Made by a program: the position numbers and the translations under genes. Shown here piece by piece: positions 45,224-54,967 of a stretch of DNA of 64,000 nucleotides; positions within the stretch are counted from its first letter, which is position 1; each line of letters opens with the position of its first letter. The notes beneath the pieces are model-generated. The model was not told the DNA's origin, ran no database searches, and was given only the letters and a program-made list of their open reading frames with translations. Source of the DNA: an uncultured Bifidobacteriaceae bacterium (lineage in GTDB: Bacteria > Bacteroidota > Bacteroidia > Cytophagales > UBA9547); contig CAZNHL010000003.1 of assembly GCA_964572965.1 (NCBI GenBank), positions 10,492 to 74,491 on the forward strand. The letters run 5' to 3'.

Positions 45224-46816
45224 CTACTTAATCTTTACCCAGTCAACCACGCCAACTTTTGCAGACCAACGGTCGTGAGCTATTTGAAGTTGCTTTACTT
45301 TTTCGGGATACTTTAAAGCAAGGTTATTTGTTTCAGATCTGTCGGTGCTCAAGTCATAAAGCTCCCATTGATTTATATCCAGCTCATAAACCAGTTTCCA
45401 TTTTCCAGCCCTCACAGCTTTGTTGCCTTCGTGCTCCCAGTATAAAGTATCATTTGCAATACTCGCATTCGTTTTTAAGTTTTTTACAAGGCTGATTCCT
45501 TCTAAGGGTTTTATCGTTGTTCCGTTGAAAGTCTGCGGGTATTTTACCCCTGCCAGTTCTAGGCAGGTAGGCATAATGTTGATGATATGCCCGATGGCAT
45601 TGTTGAGCTGACCGGGTTTGATTACGCCCGGATAGTAAGCAATGAAAGGAGTTGCAATACCGCCTTCGTGCATATTTTTTTTAAAAGTAGCAAAAGGTGT
45701 ATTGCTGACATTACCCCAGTTTTTCTGATAACTATCAATATTGTCGCCGGTTCCCTGCTTACCGTTTCTCTGAATCACATGGCCGTCTTTCTGTACTTCG
45801 TCACCGCTGCCGCCATTGTCAGATACAAAAATGACAAGCGTGTTTTTGCTTTCACCTGTTTCTTCCAGTTTCTTTAAGATCTCTCCGATCCCCTGATCCA
45901 TTCTGTAAATCATGGCTGCATAAATAGCCATGCGCATAGCCCACATGCCTTTTTCATTTTCAGGAATACTGTTCCATGCAGGAATTTTCTCATTCCTTGC
46001 TGTAAGCCTGGTTTCTTTAGGAATGATTCCCTGTCTGATCAGTTTCTGAAAACGTTCTTCCCGAATCTTGTCCCATCCTTTCAGGTATTTTCCCCTGAAT
46101 AGTTCAATGTCTTTTTCCAAAGCCTGAATAGGCCAGTGAGGAGCTGTATAGGTTACATAAAGGAAGAAAGGATTCTGGTTGTTTTTTTGAGCTTCAATAG
46201 CGTCAACAGCAAAGTCGGTAATTTGCTGTGTCAGATAGTAAGAAGTATCGCGTTTGATTTCACGATCTCCTTCCATGAATGTGACAGTTCGCCCGTCGTT
46301 GTACAGCGGTCCGTTTTTGAAGTAACTGCTGCCATTATTCAGCATGCAAAAAGACTTATCAAAACCACGGTTATAAGCCAGTGCAGAAGGTTTGGTGCCA
46401 ACATGCCATTTGCCCGAAGTAATGGTGTGGTAGCCTGATTTTTGCAGCAACTGGCTAATTGTTACAGAACTATCGCTGAGATAGCCCTGATAAGCCGGAG
46501 AGCCTTTGTCCTGGATCATATCACCTATGCCGGCCTGGTGTGGGTATAAGCCTGTAAGTAAAGCAGCACGCGAGGGACAGCAGCGTCCTGCATTATAAAA
46601 ATGGGTCATACGCATACCCTGAGCAGCCAGGCGATCAAGATTCGGAGTCGGTATTTCAGAACCATAGCAACTCAGGTCAGAAAAGCCTAAATCATCAGCG
46701 AGGATCACTATAATATTAGGGCGTTTGTCTTTTGTTTCTTTGCTTTCCCCATAAAGCAAACTGCCTCCTGCGAAAAGGAGTAGTGTCAATGGCAGCCAAG
46801 CCATATTTTTTTTCAT
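45224..46816 (-). CDS. Arylsulfatase (Cys-type, formylglycine-dependent)
   Basis: 530 aa with a signal peptide. It has DDLGFSD, the sulfatase signature CCPSRAALLTG (CxPxR), and GKWH. Confidence 0.9.
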   Translation of the reverse strand: MKKNMAWLPLTLLLFAGGSLLYGESKETKDKRPNIIVILADDLGFSDLSCYGSEIPTPNLDRLAAQGMRMTHFYNAGRCCPSRAALLTGLYPHQAGIGDMIQDKGSPAYQGYLSDSSVTISQLLQKSGYHTITSGKWHVGTKPSALAYNRGFDKSFCMLNNGSSYFKNGPLYNDGRTVTFMEGDREIKRDTSYYLTQQITDFAVDAIEAQKNNQNPFFLYVTYTAPHWPIQALEKDIELFRGKYLKGWDKIREERFQKLIRQGIIPKETRLTARNEKIPAWNSIPENEKGMWAMRMAIYAAMIYRMDQGIGEILKKLEETGESKNTLVIFVSDNGGSGDEVQKDGHVIQRNGKQGTGDNIDSYQKNWGNVSNTPFATFKKNMHEGGIATPFIAYYPGVIKPGQLNNAIGHIINIMPTCLELAGVKYPQTFNGTTIKPLEGISLVKNLKTNASIANDTLYWEHEGNKAVRAGKWKLVYELDINQWELYDLSTDRSETNNLALKYPEKVKQLQIAHDRWSAKVGVVDWVKIK

Positions 46817-46832
46817 ATTGTCCGGTAAATTA

Positions 46833-46872
46833 AAAACAAAAAAGCCTGCGGACAGGGGGATCCACAGGCTTC
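46833..46872 (-). terminator. Rho-independent terminator downstream of dnaJ
   Basis: The stem runs 46844-46852 with 46861-46869. It pairs fully only on the minus strand (one G-U) and is followed there by TTTTTTGTTTTT. Confidence 0.75.
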
Positions 46873-46892
46873 AAATGTATTAAAATATTAGT

Positions 46893-48041
46893 TTAAAACA
46901 TGTCCTTCATGCGCTGAAAGAAACTTCTTTCCTGCTTGTTAGGCTTTGGTGCAAAGTTTGGAGCATCTCTTAGTTTTTCGAGAATTTCCTTCTCTTCTGC
47001 ACTCAGGTGTTTAGGTGTCCACACATTTACATGTATTAACTGATCACCTTTTTCATAGCCATTAATATCTCTAATACCTTTATCTTTCAGGCGCAGTACG
47101 CGACCGCTTTGAGTACCGGCGTCAACTTTGATTTTAACTTTTCCGTCAATAGTAGGCACTTCAACTTGTGTACCTAAAGCAGCATCGGCAAAGTTGACAA
47201 ACAAGTCGTAGTGAATATTAATGCCTTCGCGTTTCAGGAATTCATCTTCTTCCTCTTCAATAAGGATAATCAGGTCACCTGCAATACCCCCTCTTTGAGG
47301 TACGTTTCCTTTACCGCTCATGCTTAACTGCATGCCATCAACAACACCGGCAGGCACTTTGATCGGAATTACTTCCTCCTGTTCAACGCGGCCTTCTCCA
47401 TGACAGGTATCGCAACGTTCTGTAATCACTTTTCCTTCTCCATGGCAATGCGGGCAGGTTGCCGCGCTTACCATTTGGCCAAGCATGGTGTTTACTACCT
47501 TTCTTACCTGGCCAGAACCGCCGCAATGGCTACATGACTGAACTGCTGTGCCGTTTTTAGCGCCGTTACCGTTACAGGTTCCGCAGCTTACAAAACGTTT
47601 TACTTTAATTTTTTTCTCAACACCATTTGCTATTTCCTGTAGATTGAGTTTTAGCTTGATGCGAAGATTTGAACCTCTTCTGCGACCGGCACCGCCTTGT
47701 CCTCCGCCACCTCCGAAGAAGCTTCCGAAAGGACTTCCGTCACCACCGAAGATATCTCCGAATTGAGAGAAAATATCTTCCATATTCATGTGCTGACCAC
47801 CGCCGCCAAAGCCACCGCCCATACCTGCATGGCCATACTGGTCATAGCGTTGTTTTTTATCTGCACTTGAAAGCACTTCATAAGCTTCTGCAGCTTCTTT
47901 AAAATGCTCTTCGGCTTCAGGGTTATCCGGGTTTTTGTCCGGATGGTACTTAATGGCCATCTTACGATAAGCCTTTTTTATCTCTTCAGCTGAAGCTCCC
48001 TTGGAAACACCAAGTATCTCGTAATAATCTCTCTTTGCCAT
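46893..48041 (-). CDS. dnaJ: Molecular chaperone DnaJ
   Basis: It has a J-domain with HPD (KYHPDKN), a G/F-rich linker and four CxxCxGxG zinc motifs. The ATG at the complement of 48039-48041 gives [12 protein letters not shown]; the track start at 48053 is TTG. Confidence 0.95.
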   Translation of the reverse strand: MAKRDYYEILGVSKGASAEEIKKAYRKMAIKYHPDKNPDNPEAEEHFKEAAEAYEVLSSADKKQRYDQYGHAGMGGGFGGGGQHMNMEDIFSQFGDIFGGDGSPFGSFFGGGGGQGGAGRRRGSNLRIKLKLNLQEIANGVEKKIKVKRFVSCGTCNGNGAKNGTAVQSCSHCGGSGQVRKVVNTMLGQMVSAATCPHCHGEGKVITERCDTCHGEGRVEQEEVIPIKVPAGVVDGMQLSMSGKGNVPQRGGIAGDLIILIEEEEDEFLKREGINIHYDLFVNFADAALGTQVEVPTIDGKVKIKVDAGTQSGRVLRLKDKGIRDINGYEKGDQLIHVNVWTPKHLSAEEKEILEKLRDAPNFAPKPNKQERSFFQRMKDMF

Positions 48042-48042
48042 T

Positions 48043-48612
48043 TTATGCGCCAATTACCACCTTCGCAAATCTTACTACTTTGTCCTGAAGGAAATATCCT
48101 TTCTCAACTTCATCAATCACTTTCCCTTTCAAGTCAGCACTTGGAGCCGGAATCTGCGTGATGGCTTCCTGGAATTCAGAATCAAACGGCTGACCAACAC
48201 AATCCATTGGTTTAAGACCTTTTTGTTCCAATACTTTGAATAGCTTGTTATAAATAAGCGCTACACCTTCTTTGATAGCGCCAATGTCAGCAGAGCCTTT
48301 ATCAATAGCGCCTTGTGCTCTCTGAAAATCGTCAATTACAGGAAGCAGATCTTTTATCAGATCAGCAGAAGCCGTTTGTGTCAGGTCAAGTTTTTCCTTA
48401 GCCGTACGGCGACGGAAATTGTCGAACTCAGAATACATTCTCAAAAATTTGTCCTTCTGCTCTGCTAATTCCGCTTTAACCTGGCTCAATTCATCCAAAG
48501 ATTCAGCTACATCTGTTGCCTCTTCTTCCTGAGGGAGCTTTTCATTTGAATTTTCTCCTGTTCCGGTAGTATCCAACTCGTTTTCCGGATTAATATTCTG
48601 ATCGTTATTCAT
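48043..48612 (-). CDS. grpE: Nucleotide exchange factor GrpE
   Basis: It has an acidic N-terminus, a coiled coil and a C-terminal beta-domain ([24 protein letters not shown]). The ATG at the complement of 48610-48612 gives MNNDQN; the longer track version starts at a TTG. Confidence 0.9.
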   Translation of the reverse strand: MNNDQNINPENELDTTGTGENSNEKLPQEEEATDVAESLDELSQVKAELAEQKDKFLRMYSEFDNFRRRTAKEKLDLTQTASADLIKDLLPVIDDFQRAQGAIDKGSADIGAIKEGVALIYNKLFKVLEQKGLKPMDCVGQPFDSEFQEAITQIPAPSADLKGKVIDEVEKGYFLQDKVVRFAKVVIGA

Positions 48613-48659
48613 AAAGCTATCGCTTGAAATTATTTCTTCTTTTTTGAAAAAAGCAGTAA

Positions 48660-48687
48660 CAAATATACTGCTAAAAAAGGTAAACAA
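48660..48687 (-). promoter_or_regulatory. Candidate Bacteroidota sigma-A-type promoter for grpE-dnaJ
   Basis: On the minus strand, TTG (48687-48685) is followed by a 17-nt spacer and then TATATTTG (48667-48660). This matches the TTG / TAnnTTTG consensus described for Bacteroides promoters. It lies about 48 nt upstream of the grpE ATG. Confidence 0.4.
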
Positions 48688-48804
48688 GAATTTTGCCAAT
48701 CTAAAAATGGTGACAAGTTGGCAGGGCGCTGCCTGTTACGCGTTACTGGTTACGAGTTTTGCATTTTAACACTTAACTTGCAAGTCGTAACTAGTAACAT
48801 ATTC

Positions 48805-49098
48805 ATGAACGAACTTGTACAGGCAATTTCCGGCGCACTAACATTAAAAGTTAAAAAAAGTACTGATGAGGCACAGCTACAGGCGCTGGTTGCCGGAAAG
48901 TTACTGGAAATGCTGCGTAAAAGTCCGGACAAGGTATTCCAGCTCCTTTATCGCCTTGATGTAAATGAAGAAAAAGCTCGTTTAGTGTTTAAAAGAATGA
49001 ATGATGAAGATATTGCGGAAGGCCTGTCTGAGTTGATCATTGCAAGAGAAAAACAGAAAATAGAGATCCGTAAGAAATACAGTACAGGAAATATATAA
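48805..49098 (+). CDS. Small hypothetical protein (97 aa, helical)
   Basis: The ATG at 48805 gives MNELVQAISGALTLKVKK... The longer track version starts at a TTG inside the grpE promoter region. No motif was recognised. Confidence 0.45.
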   Translation: MNELVQAISGALTLKVKKSTDEAQLQALVAGKLLEMLRKSPDKVFQLLYRLDVNEEKARLVFKRMNDEDIAEGLSELIIAREKQKIEIRKKYSTGNI

Positions 49099-49295
49099 CC
49101 TATAGTTGACTATCAGTTTGTTTGAACCTTCTTTTGATAAACCTGTAAGGTTTTAATTGGGGAGTTAAACAATCTTTTAAACCTTAAAGGTTTTACTTAA
49201 GCGGATAGTCATAAAAAAATATAAATTGCACTAGCTATTAAGTGTTACGGTTTCAACTATAGCACTTTTAAAACTACAGCACTTTAATACACAAT

Positions 49296-50807
49296 ATGTC
49301 ATCACTCAAAAAACTCGCAAGTAATACTGCGCTTTACGGCTTAAGCACTATTGTAGGAAGGGCGCTCAATTATTTACTTGTCCCTTTCTATACGGCAGTA
49401 TTTAAGCCGGAAGATTATGGTATCGTTACTGAACTGTACGCTTATATTGCATTTCTTAATATAGTGTATACCTATGGGATGGAGACAACCTATTTCAGGT
49501 TTGCAACTAAAGAACGCGGGACGGCCCAGGAAACATATAATCTTTCGCAGACGGTTTTATTGATCTCTTCCCTGCTTTTTTCAGCCATATTAATGGGGGC
49601 TTCACGAGAGATCGCTTCCGGGCTTGGCTATGAAACTCATCAGGATTATATCATCTGGCTGGCTTTGATTTTGGCTATTGATGCTATTGTGTCTATACCT
49701 TTTGCAAGACTTCGTTTGGAAGGTAAAGCCGCATTCTTTGCTTTTGCCAAGTTGTCAAATATTGTGCTGAACATCTTTTTCAATGTGTTCTTTTTGGTGA
49801 TTTGCCCTATGGCGATCAGTGATGCCGGTTTGCAGGATTTACGTCCGCTTATCCGTAATATTTATGATCCTTCGTTGGGCGTGGGTTATGTGTTCCTTTC
49901 AAATTTACTGGCAAATGCTTTCCTGCTGATTATTTTATCCCAGTCGTTTATCAGATTTAAGTTCAACTTTAATATTCAGAAACTGAAGCCTATGATGGCT
50001 TATGCCATTCCGATTCTGTTTACGGGAATTGCGGGCATGATCAACGAAGTACTGGACAGGGTTTTGCTTAAAAACTGGCTACCGGAAGGCTTTTATGCTG
50101 GTCAGACAAACCTTGCGGCTGTGGGTGTATATGGCGCTTGTTACAAGCTGTCTATTTTTATGACGCTCGCCATACAGGCATTTCGTTATGCGGCTGAACC
50201 TTTCTTTTTTTCAAAAGCCGAAGACAAAGACTCCCCCATTCTTTTTGCCAAGATAATGAAGTGGTTTGTAATTGTATGCCTGGTTATTTTCCTGGTAATA
50301 AGCTTAAACCTGGATATCTTAAAATACCTGTTACGCAGTGAGGTTTACCGCCAGGGTATTATGGTGGTACCGGTATTATTGCTGGCCAACTTGTTTTTGG
50401 GGATCTATTTTAACCTTTCTGTTTGGTTTAAGTTAACAGATAAAACAATTTACGGTACCTATACGACTGTAGCAGGGGCAATACTGACAGTAGTACTTAA
50501 CTGGTTGCTGATTCCATTGCTTGGCTATATGGGTTGTGCTATTTCTACATTGATCTGTTACTTCTGTATGGCTGCTGCAAATTACAGCTTAGGCAATAAA
50601 CATTACCCTATTCCATATCCGATTGTAAAAATCGGGATCTACATAACTATTGCCGTACTATTTGCGTACATTGGCCTCAGCTACGATTCAGCAGATGATT
50701 TGTCGACATCTTTTATTATTCACTGGGTATTAATTGCGGCATTTATCTTAACAATCTTTATTTTTGAAAAAGTAATCAGAAGAGTGCCTGCTTCGCATTG
50801 GGATTAA
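49296..50807 (+). CDS. MOP-superfamily oligosaccharide/polysaccharide flippase (Wzx/MurJ-like)
   Basis: 503 aa with about 14 TM segments. The N-terminus [31 protein letters not shown] is typical of the polysaccharide biosynthesis protein family. Confidence 0.8.
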   Translation: MSSLKKLASNTALYGLSTIVGRALNYLLVPFYTAVFKPEDYGIVTELYAYIAFLNIVYTYGMETTYFRFATKERGTAQETYNLSQTVLLISSLLFSAILMGASREIASGLGYETHQDYIIWLALILAIDAIVSIPFARLRLEGKAAFFAFAKLSNIVLNIFFNVFFLVICPMAISDAGLQDLRPLIRNIYDPSLGVGYVFLSNLLANAFLLIILSQSFIRFKFNFNIQKLKPMMAYAIPILFTGIAGMINEVLDRVLLKNWLPEGFYAGQTNLAAVGVYGACYKLSIFMTLAIQAFRYAAEPFFFSKAEDKDSPILFAKIMKWFVIVCLVIFLVISLNLDILKYLLRSEVYRQGIMVVPVLLLANLFLGIYFNLSVWFKLTDKTIYGTYTTVAGAILTVVLNWLLIPLLGYMGCAISTLICYFCMAAANYSLGNKHYPIPYPIVKIGIYITIAVLFAYIGLSYDSADDLSTSFIIHWVLIAAFILTIFIFEKVIRRVPASHWD

Positions 50808-50839
50808 CCTCTTTGAATTATATAATAAGTTTTTATAGC

Positions 50840-51274
50840 ATGAAAGTACGTATCATCAATCAATCTCAGCATCCGCTGCCTGCCTATCAGACTGTATTGT
50901 CAGCAGGTATGGATTTGAGAGCCAATTTACTTGCTCCCATTACTATAAAACCCTTTGAAAGACAGTTGATCTCAACCGGTCTTTTTCTGGAACTCCCTCA
51001 GGGGTATGAAGCGCAAATCCGTCCACGTAGTGGGTTGGCCTATAAATATGGTGTTACCGTTTTGAATAGTCCGGGAACAATTGATGCCGATTATAGAGGG
51101 GAAGTAAAAGTATTATTAGTAAATTTATCAGACAAAGCGTTTGATATCGAAGATGGAGAACGTATTGCGCAAATGGTAATTGCCAGATATGAGCAAGTTG
51201 AATTAGTAGAAGTAGAAGCGCTGACAGAGACACTTCGGGGTGAAGGAGGATTCGGTAGTTCAGGCACAAAATAA
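50840..51274 (+). CDS. dut: dUTP diphosphatase
   Basis: It has AGMDL, RSGLA and [10 protein letters not shown], plus the C-terminal [10 protein letters not shown] motif. The ATG at 50840 gives MKVRIIN; the track start is TTG. Confidence 0.9.
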   Translation: MKVRIINQSQHPLPAYQTVLSAGMDLRANLLAPITIKPFERQLISTGLFLELPQGYEAQIRPRSGLAYKYGVTVLNSPGTIDADYRGEVKVLLVNLSDKAFDIEDGERIAQMVIARYEQVELVEVEALTETLRGEGGFGSSGTK

Positions 51275-51311
51275 TAAACCAACACATTATAAGTTTTTTA
51301 AATAGCTGATT

Positions 51312-52316
51312 ATGAGAATTATTGTACCTATGGCTGGTATGGGTAAGCGTATGCGCCCTCATACTCTTACTGTACCAAAACCGCTAGTTCCTATCGCAGG
51401 CAAACCAATTGTACAGCGTTTAGTAGAAGACATCGCAAAGGTGTGTGGAGAAAAAGTAGAAGAAGTAGCTTTTATCATTGGTAATTTTGGTAAAGATGTT
51501 GAGAAAAAGCTAATGGAAATTGCAGCATCCGTGGGTGCAAAAGGAACTATTTATTATCAGCAGGAAGCATTAGGAACAGCACATGCTATTTACTGTGCCG
51601 AGCCTTCTTTGAAAGGAAACACTGTAGTAGCTTTTGCAGATACGCTTTTCAAGGCAGACTTTAAATTAAATACAGAAGAGGAAGGTATTATCTGGGTACA
51701 AAAAGTAGAAGATCCCCGCCCTTTTGGTGTTGTAAAAATTGGTGCTGACGGCAACATTACAGATTTTGTTGAAAAGCCGGAGCATTTTGTTTCCGATCTT
51801 GCTATTATCGGTATCTACTATTTCAAAGATGGTGAGTATCTGAAAAAAGAAATCAAGCATCTTATCGATAATGATATTAGAGACAAAGGTGAATACCAAA
51901 TCACCAATGCGCTTGAAAATATGAAAAACAAAGGCACTAAATTTAAGCCTGGTCAGGTAACAGAATGGTTGGATTGCGGTAATAAAGAAAGTACTGTAAA
52001 TACAAACCAGCGTTATCTGGAATACATTAAAGACACGAAACTGGTAGCAGACAGCGCTAAAATTGTTAATTCTGTAATTATTCAGCCAAGTTATATTGGC
52101 GAAGGTGTTGAGATACGCAATTCTGTAGTAGGTCCGCACGTTTCATTAGGAAATAAAACAGTAGTTGACGGTTCTATTATAACTAATGCTATTGTACAGG
52201 AAAATGCTAAAGTGAAGCACGCTAATATTACAAACACTATGTTAGGTAATCATGCCGTTTATGAAGGACGTCCTGTTGACCTGAGTGTAGGTGATTTTAA
52301 CGTAGTTAAAGCCTAG
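51312..52316 (+). CDS. Sugar-phosphate nucleotidyltransferase with a C-terminal left-handed beta-helix
   Basis: The N-terminal VPMAGMGKRMRP (G-x-G-x-R loop) is followed by hexapeptide-like repeats. Confidence 0.8.
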   Translation: MRIIVPMAGMGKRMRPHTLTVPKPLVPIAGKPIVQRLVEDIAKVCGEKVEEVAFIIGNFGKDVEKKLMEIAASVGAKGTIYYQQEALGTAHAIYCAEPSLKGNTVVAFADTLFKADFKLNTEEEGIIWVQKVEDPRPFGVVKIGADGNITDFVEKPEHFVSDLAIIGIYYFKDGEYLKKEIKHLIDNDIRDKGEYQITNALENMKNKGTKFKPGQVTEWLDCGNKESTVNTNQRYLEYIKDTKLVADSAKIVNSVIIQPSYIGEGVEIRNSVVGPHVSLGNKTVVDGSIITNAIVQENAKVKHANITNTMLGNHAVYEGRPVDLSVGDFNVVKA

Positions 52317-52338
52317 TTTTCTCTTAAATTATATTGCT

Positions 52339-52390
52339 TTGCGTGGGTGATGTTTATTCGTAGACATTTCGCCCACGCAATGGTTTTTTA
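52339..52390 (+). terminator. Rho-independent terminator
   Basis: The stem TTGCGTGGG (52339-52347) with CCCACGCAA (52372-52380) is followed by TGGTTTTTT. Confidence 0.65.
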
Positions 52391-52470
52391 TTACACAAAA
52401 TATTTATTTCTGGTTTTGGTCCCCTGAAAGTAGAAATTAAGGAATCAGATTACCTTTTAAGTAAAACACA

Positions 52471-54201
52471 ATGAGAACTAGGTATCAAGTAACTAAGTGT
52501 GTACTGTTTGCCGGACTTGTATTGATTGCAAGCCCTGAACTTTTTGCAGGGAAAAAGAAAAAAAAGGATCCTGTACAAGACATTGCAAGAAAGCAGGAAG
52601 CTGAATATGTGTTCACCCAGGGGATGAAAGAATATGTGGTTGAAGGGGCTGCCCGTGCTATTTTTTGGTTTGAAAAAGCAAAAGAAATTAATCCGGAAGC
52701 TTCAGGGACATATTATATGCTTGCAGACAGTTACCTGCAGACAAAACAGTTTGACAAAGCAGAGAAAAGCATTAATGAAGCCCTTAAGCTGGATGATGCT
52801 AACAAATACTATTACTTAGTTGCCGCTGAAATTCAGGAAAAGAAAGGTAACTATGAACAGGCAGCTAATATTTATAATCAGCTAATCAAAAAAATCCCCC
52901 GCTCAGAAGAGCAGTTGTTCGACCTGGCAACAGTTTATATTTATGCTAAAAAGTATGAGGATGCCATCAAAACTTATGATAGAATAGAAAAAGAGTTTGG
53001 TTTGATGGAGGAAGTTGTCCGTCAGAAACAGCAGCTTTACCTGCGCCAGAATAAATTGAATGAAGCTTTAGCTGAAGGAGATAAACTGATTAAGGCTTAT
53101 CCGGAAGAGCCGCGTTATAAAGCTTTACAGGCAGAATTACTTTTTAATAATAATAAATCTGATGAAGCCAGGAAGATGGCGGAGTCTTTGTTGGCACAAC
53201 ATGCTGACTATTATCCGGCAAGATTAGTTCTGGCAGAAATTTATAAATCAAAAAAGCAAGAAGCGAACTATCAGGAACAGCTTGAACTGGCTTTTAAGAA
53301 TCCGGATATGGGTATTGAAGACAAAATTAATATCATGTTGAGCCTTTTCCCGAAAGCAGAACGTGATACTAATAATCTGGCAGCACTCAGAAAACTTTCT
53401 GACATTACCGCTCAAGTTCATCCTAAAAGCGCTGATGCTTATTCTATACAGGGAGATATCAACTATTTTTCAAGAAATATCCCTAAAGCAATTAAGAGTT
53501 ATAAGGAATCTTTAAATCTGGATAATTCAAAGTTTAAAATCTGGCAGCAAGTAGTAGCATTAGAACTTGAAAGTGGCCAGACAGATAGTGCTTTAGTTTA
53601 TTCTGAAAAAGCAGTAGAACTATTCCCGAATCAGTCAATATTTTGGTTTTATAATGGTACAACCAAGTTGATGAAGAAAAATTATGAGGGAGCTGTCAAG
53701 TCGTTAGAACAAAGTAAAAAATTAGCTGACGGAAACCAGGAAATGGTTAATCAGATCAATGGTCAGCTTGGAGATGCTTATAATGGTTTGAAACAATACG
53801 ACAAGGCAGATGCTTCTTATGATGAAGTATTGAAGTATGACCCTAGTAATTATCATGTGCTGAACAACTATAGCTATTTTCTTTCTTTGAGAAAAGATAA
53901 ACTTGATCAGGCAAAGAAGATGGGTAAGAAAGTGGTTGATGCCTATCCGGACGAACCGACTTACCTTGATACATATGGCTGGATTTTATATGTGGCAAAA
54001 GACTACCAGGGAGCAAAAACATATCTTGAGAAAGCGGTGAAAACCTCCGACAATGGTACGATATTGGAACACTATGGTGATGTACTTTATCAGTTAGGCC
54101 AGAAAGAAGAAGCTGTTAAATATTGGAAACAGGCGAAACAGAAAGGTGAAACCACAGATTTTATAGACAAGAAAATTTTGGATAAAAAACTTTATGAATA
54201 A
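52471..54201 (+). CDS. Tetratricopeptide-repeat protein (secreted/periplasmic)
   Basis: 576 aa with an N-terminal hydrophobic signal. There are many TPR units (A/G-x-Y-x-x-A-x-x-x-P spacing throughout). Confidence 0.8.
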   Translation: MRTRYQVTKCVLFAGLVLIASPELFAGKKKKKDPVQDIARKQEAEYVFTQGMKEYVVEGAARAIFWFEKAKEINPEASGTYYMLADSYLQTKQFDKAEKSINEALKLDDANKYYYLVAAEIQEKKGNYEQAANIYNQLIKKIPRSEEQLFDLATVYIYAKKYEDAIKTYDRIEKEFGLMEEVVRQKQQLYLRQNKLNEALAEGDKLIKAYPEEPRYKALQAELLFNNNKSDEARKMAESLLAQHADYYPARLVLAEIYKSKKQEANYQEQLELAFKNPDMGIEDKINIMLSLFPKAERDTNNLAALRKLSDITAQVHPKSADAYSIQGDINYFSRNIPKAIKSYKESLNLDNSKFKIWQQVVALELESGQTDSALVYSEKAVELFPNQSIFWFYNGTTKLMKKNYEGAVKSLEQSKKLADGNQEMVNQINGQLGDAYNGLKQYDKADASYDEVLKYDPSNYHVLNNYSYFLSLRKDKLDQAKKMGKKVVDAYPDEPTYLDTYGWILYVAKDYQGAKTYLEKAVKTSDNGTILEHYGDVLYQLGQKEEAVKYWKQAKQKGETTDFIDKKILDKKLYE

Positions 54202-54967
54202 ATACGCCATATTATTGGCATTCATGGGTTTATGGCTTTTTTCATGCCGTAAACCCATGTTTCATGCTACACCAACAGCTCCTGAGATCAAGAGAAAGTC
54301 AAGGCAAGTTGTAAAGGTTCAGAATATTAATTTCCAGAATTTCCGGGCAAAAGGGAAAATGGATTATAAGGATGGACAAAATGATGTGAATGCACATTAT
54401 GACCTGCGTATCCGGAAAGACAGCCTTATCTGGTTGTCCATTACTCCCGGAATGGGTATTGAAGTAGTGCGTTGTGTGATCAGCAAAGATTCCCTTCTTG
54501 CCCTCGATAGACTCAACAAAGATTATTATGCTTACAGTCTGGCCGATTTTTCGGCTAAATTTGAAATACCGTTGACTTTCAGTATCATTCAGGATGCGCT
54601 TATTGGCAATACTCCTACTGATCAGGATACAAACAGCAGTGAAGTTTTTCAGGAAGGCGATTATACAATTATTAAAACCGATACCAATAATTTGGTTACG
54701 AATACCTATGTGAGTATGCTTACTTCGAAATTGCAGAAATTGCAATTGATTCAGAAGCGTTTAAACAATACTCTGGTATTTACATATTCTGATTTTAAAC
54801 CTGTGAATAACCTTTTGGTAAGCCACAGAAACCATATTGCATTACGTTATGTCAATGAAAAAGGCATGTATAATACATCTCTGGACCTTGATCATAATAA
54901 AATTGATATAGATGAGAAAGAACTTAAATTCCCTTTTAACATTCCGGGCAAATATACTCGCAAGTAG
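54194..54967 (+). CDS. Lipoprotein, DUF4292-like (LolB-like fold family)
   Basis: 257 aa with lipobox WLFSC. I recall the size and position (after the TPR gene, before the M23 gene) as conserved in Bacteroidota; the family assignment is from memory. Confidence 0.6.
   Translation: MNKYAILLAFMGLWLFSCRKPMFHATPTAPEIKRKSRQVVKVQNINFQNFRAKGKMDYKDGQNDVNAHYDLRIRKDSLIWLSITPGMGIEVVRCVISKDSLLALDRLNKDYYAYSLADFSAKFEIPLTFSIIQDALIGNTPTDQDTNSSEVFQEGDYTIIKTDTNNLVTNTYVSMLTSKLQKLQLIQKRLNNTLVFTYSDFKPVNNLLVSHRNHIALRYVNEKGMYNTSLDLDHNKIDIDEKELKFPFNIPGKYTRK

Noticed and set aside
48718-48804. The 29-codon N-terminal extension of the small ORF (track start at 48718). Similar TTG/GTG extensions occur at 2818, 7528, 27085, 30221, 36815, 37639, 48053, 48699 and 50798.
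   Set aside because: Each extension starts at a non-ATG codon. They run through promoter or terminator sequence or overlap neighbouring genes, and they precede an ATG that gives a homology-consistent N-terminus or a signal peptide.
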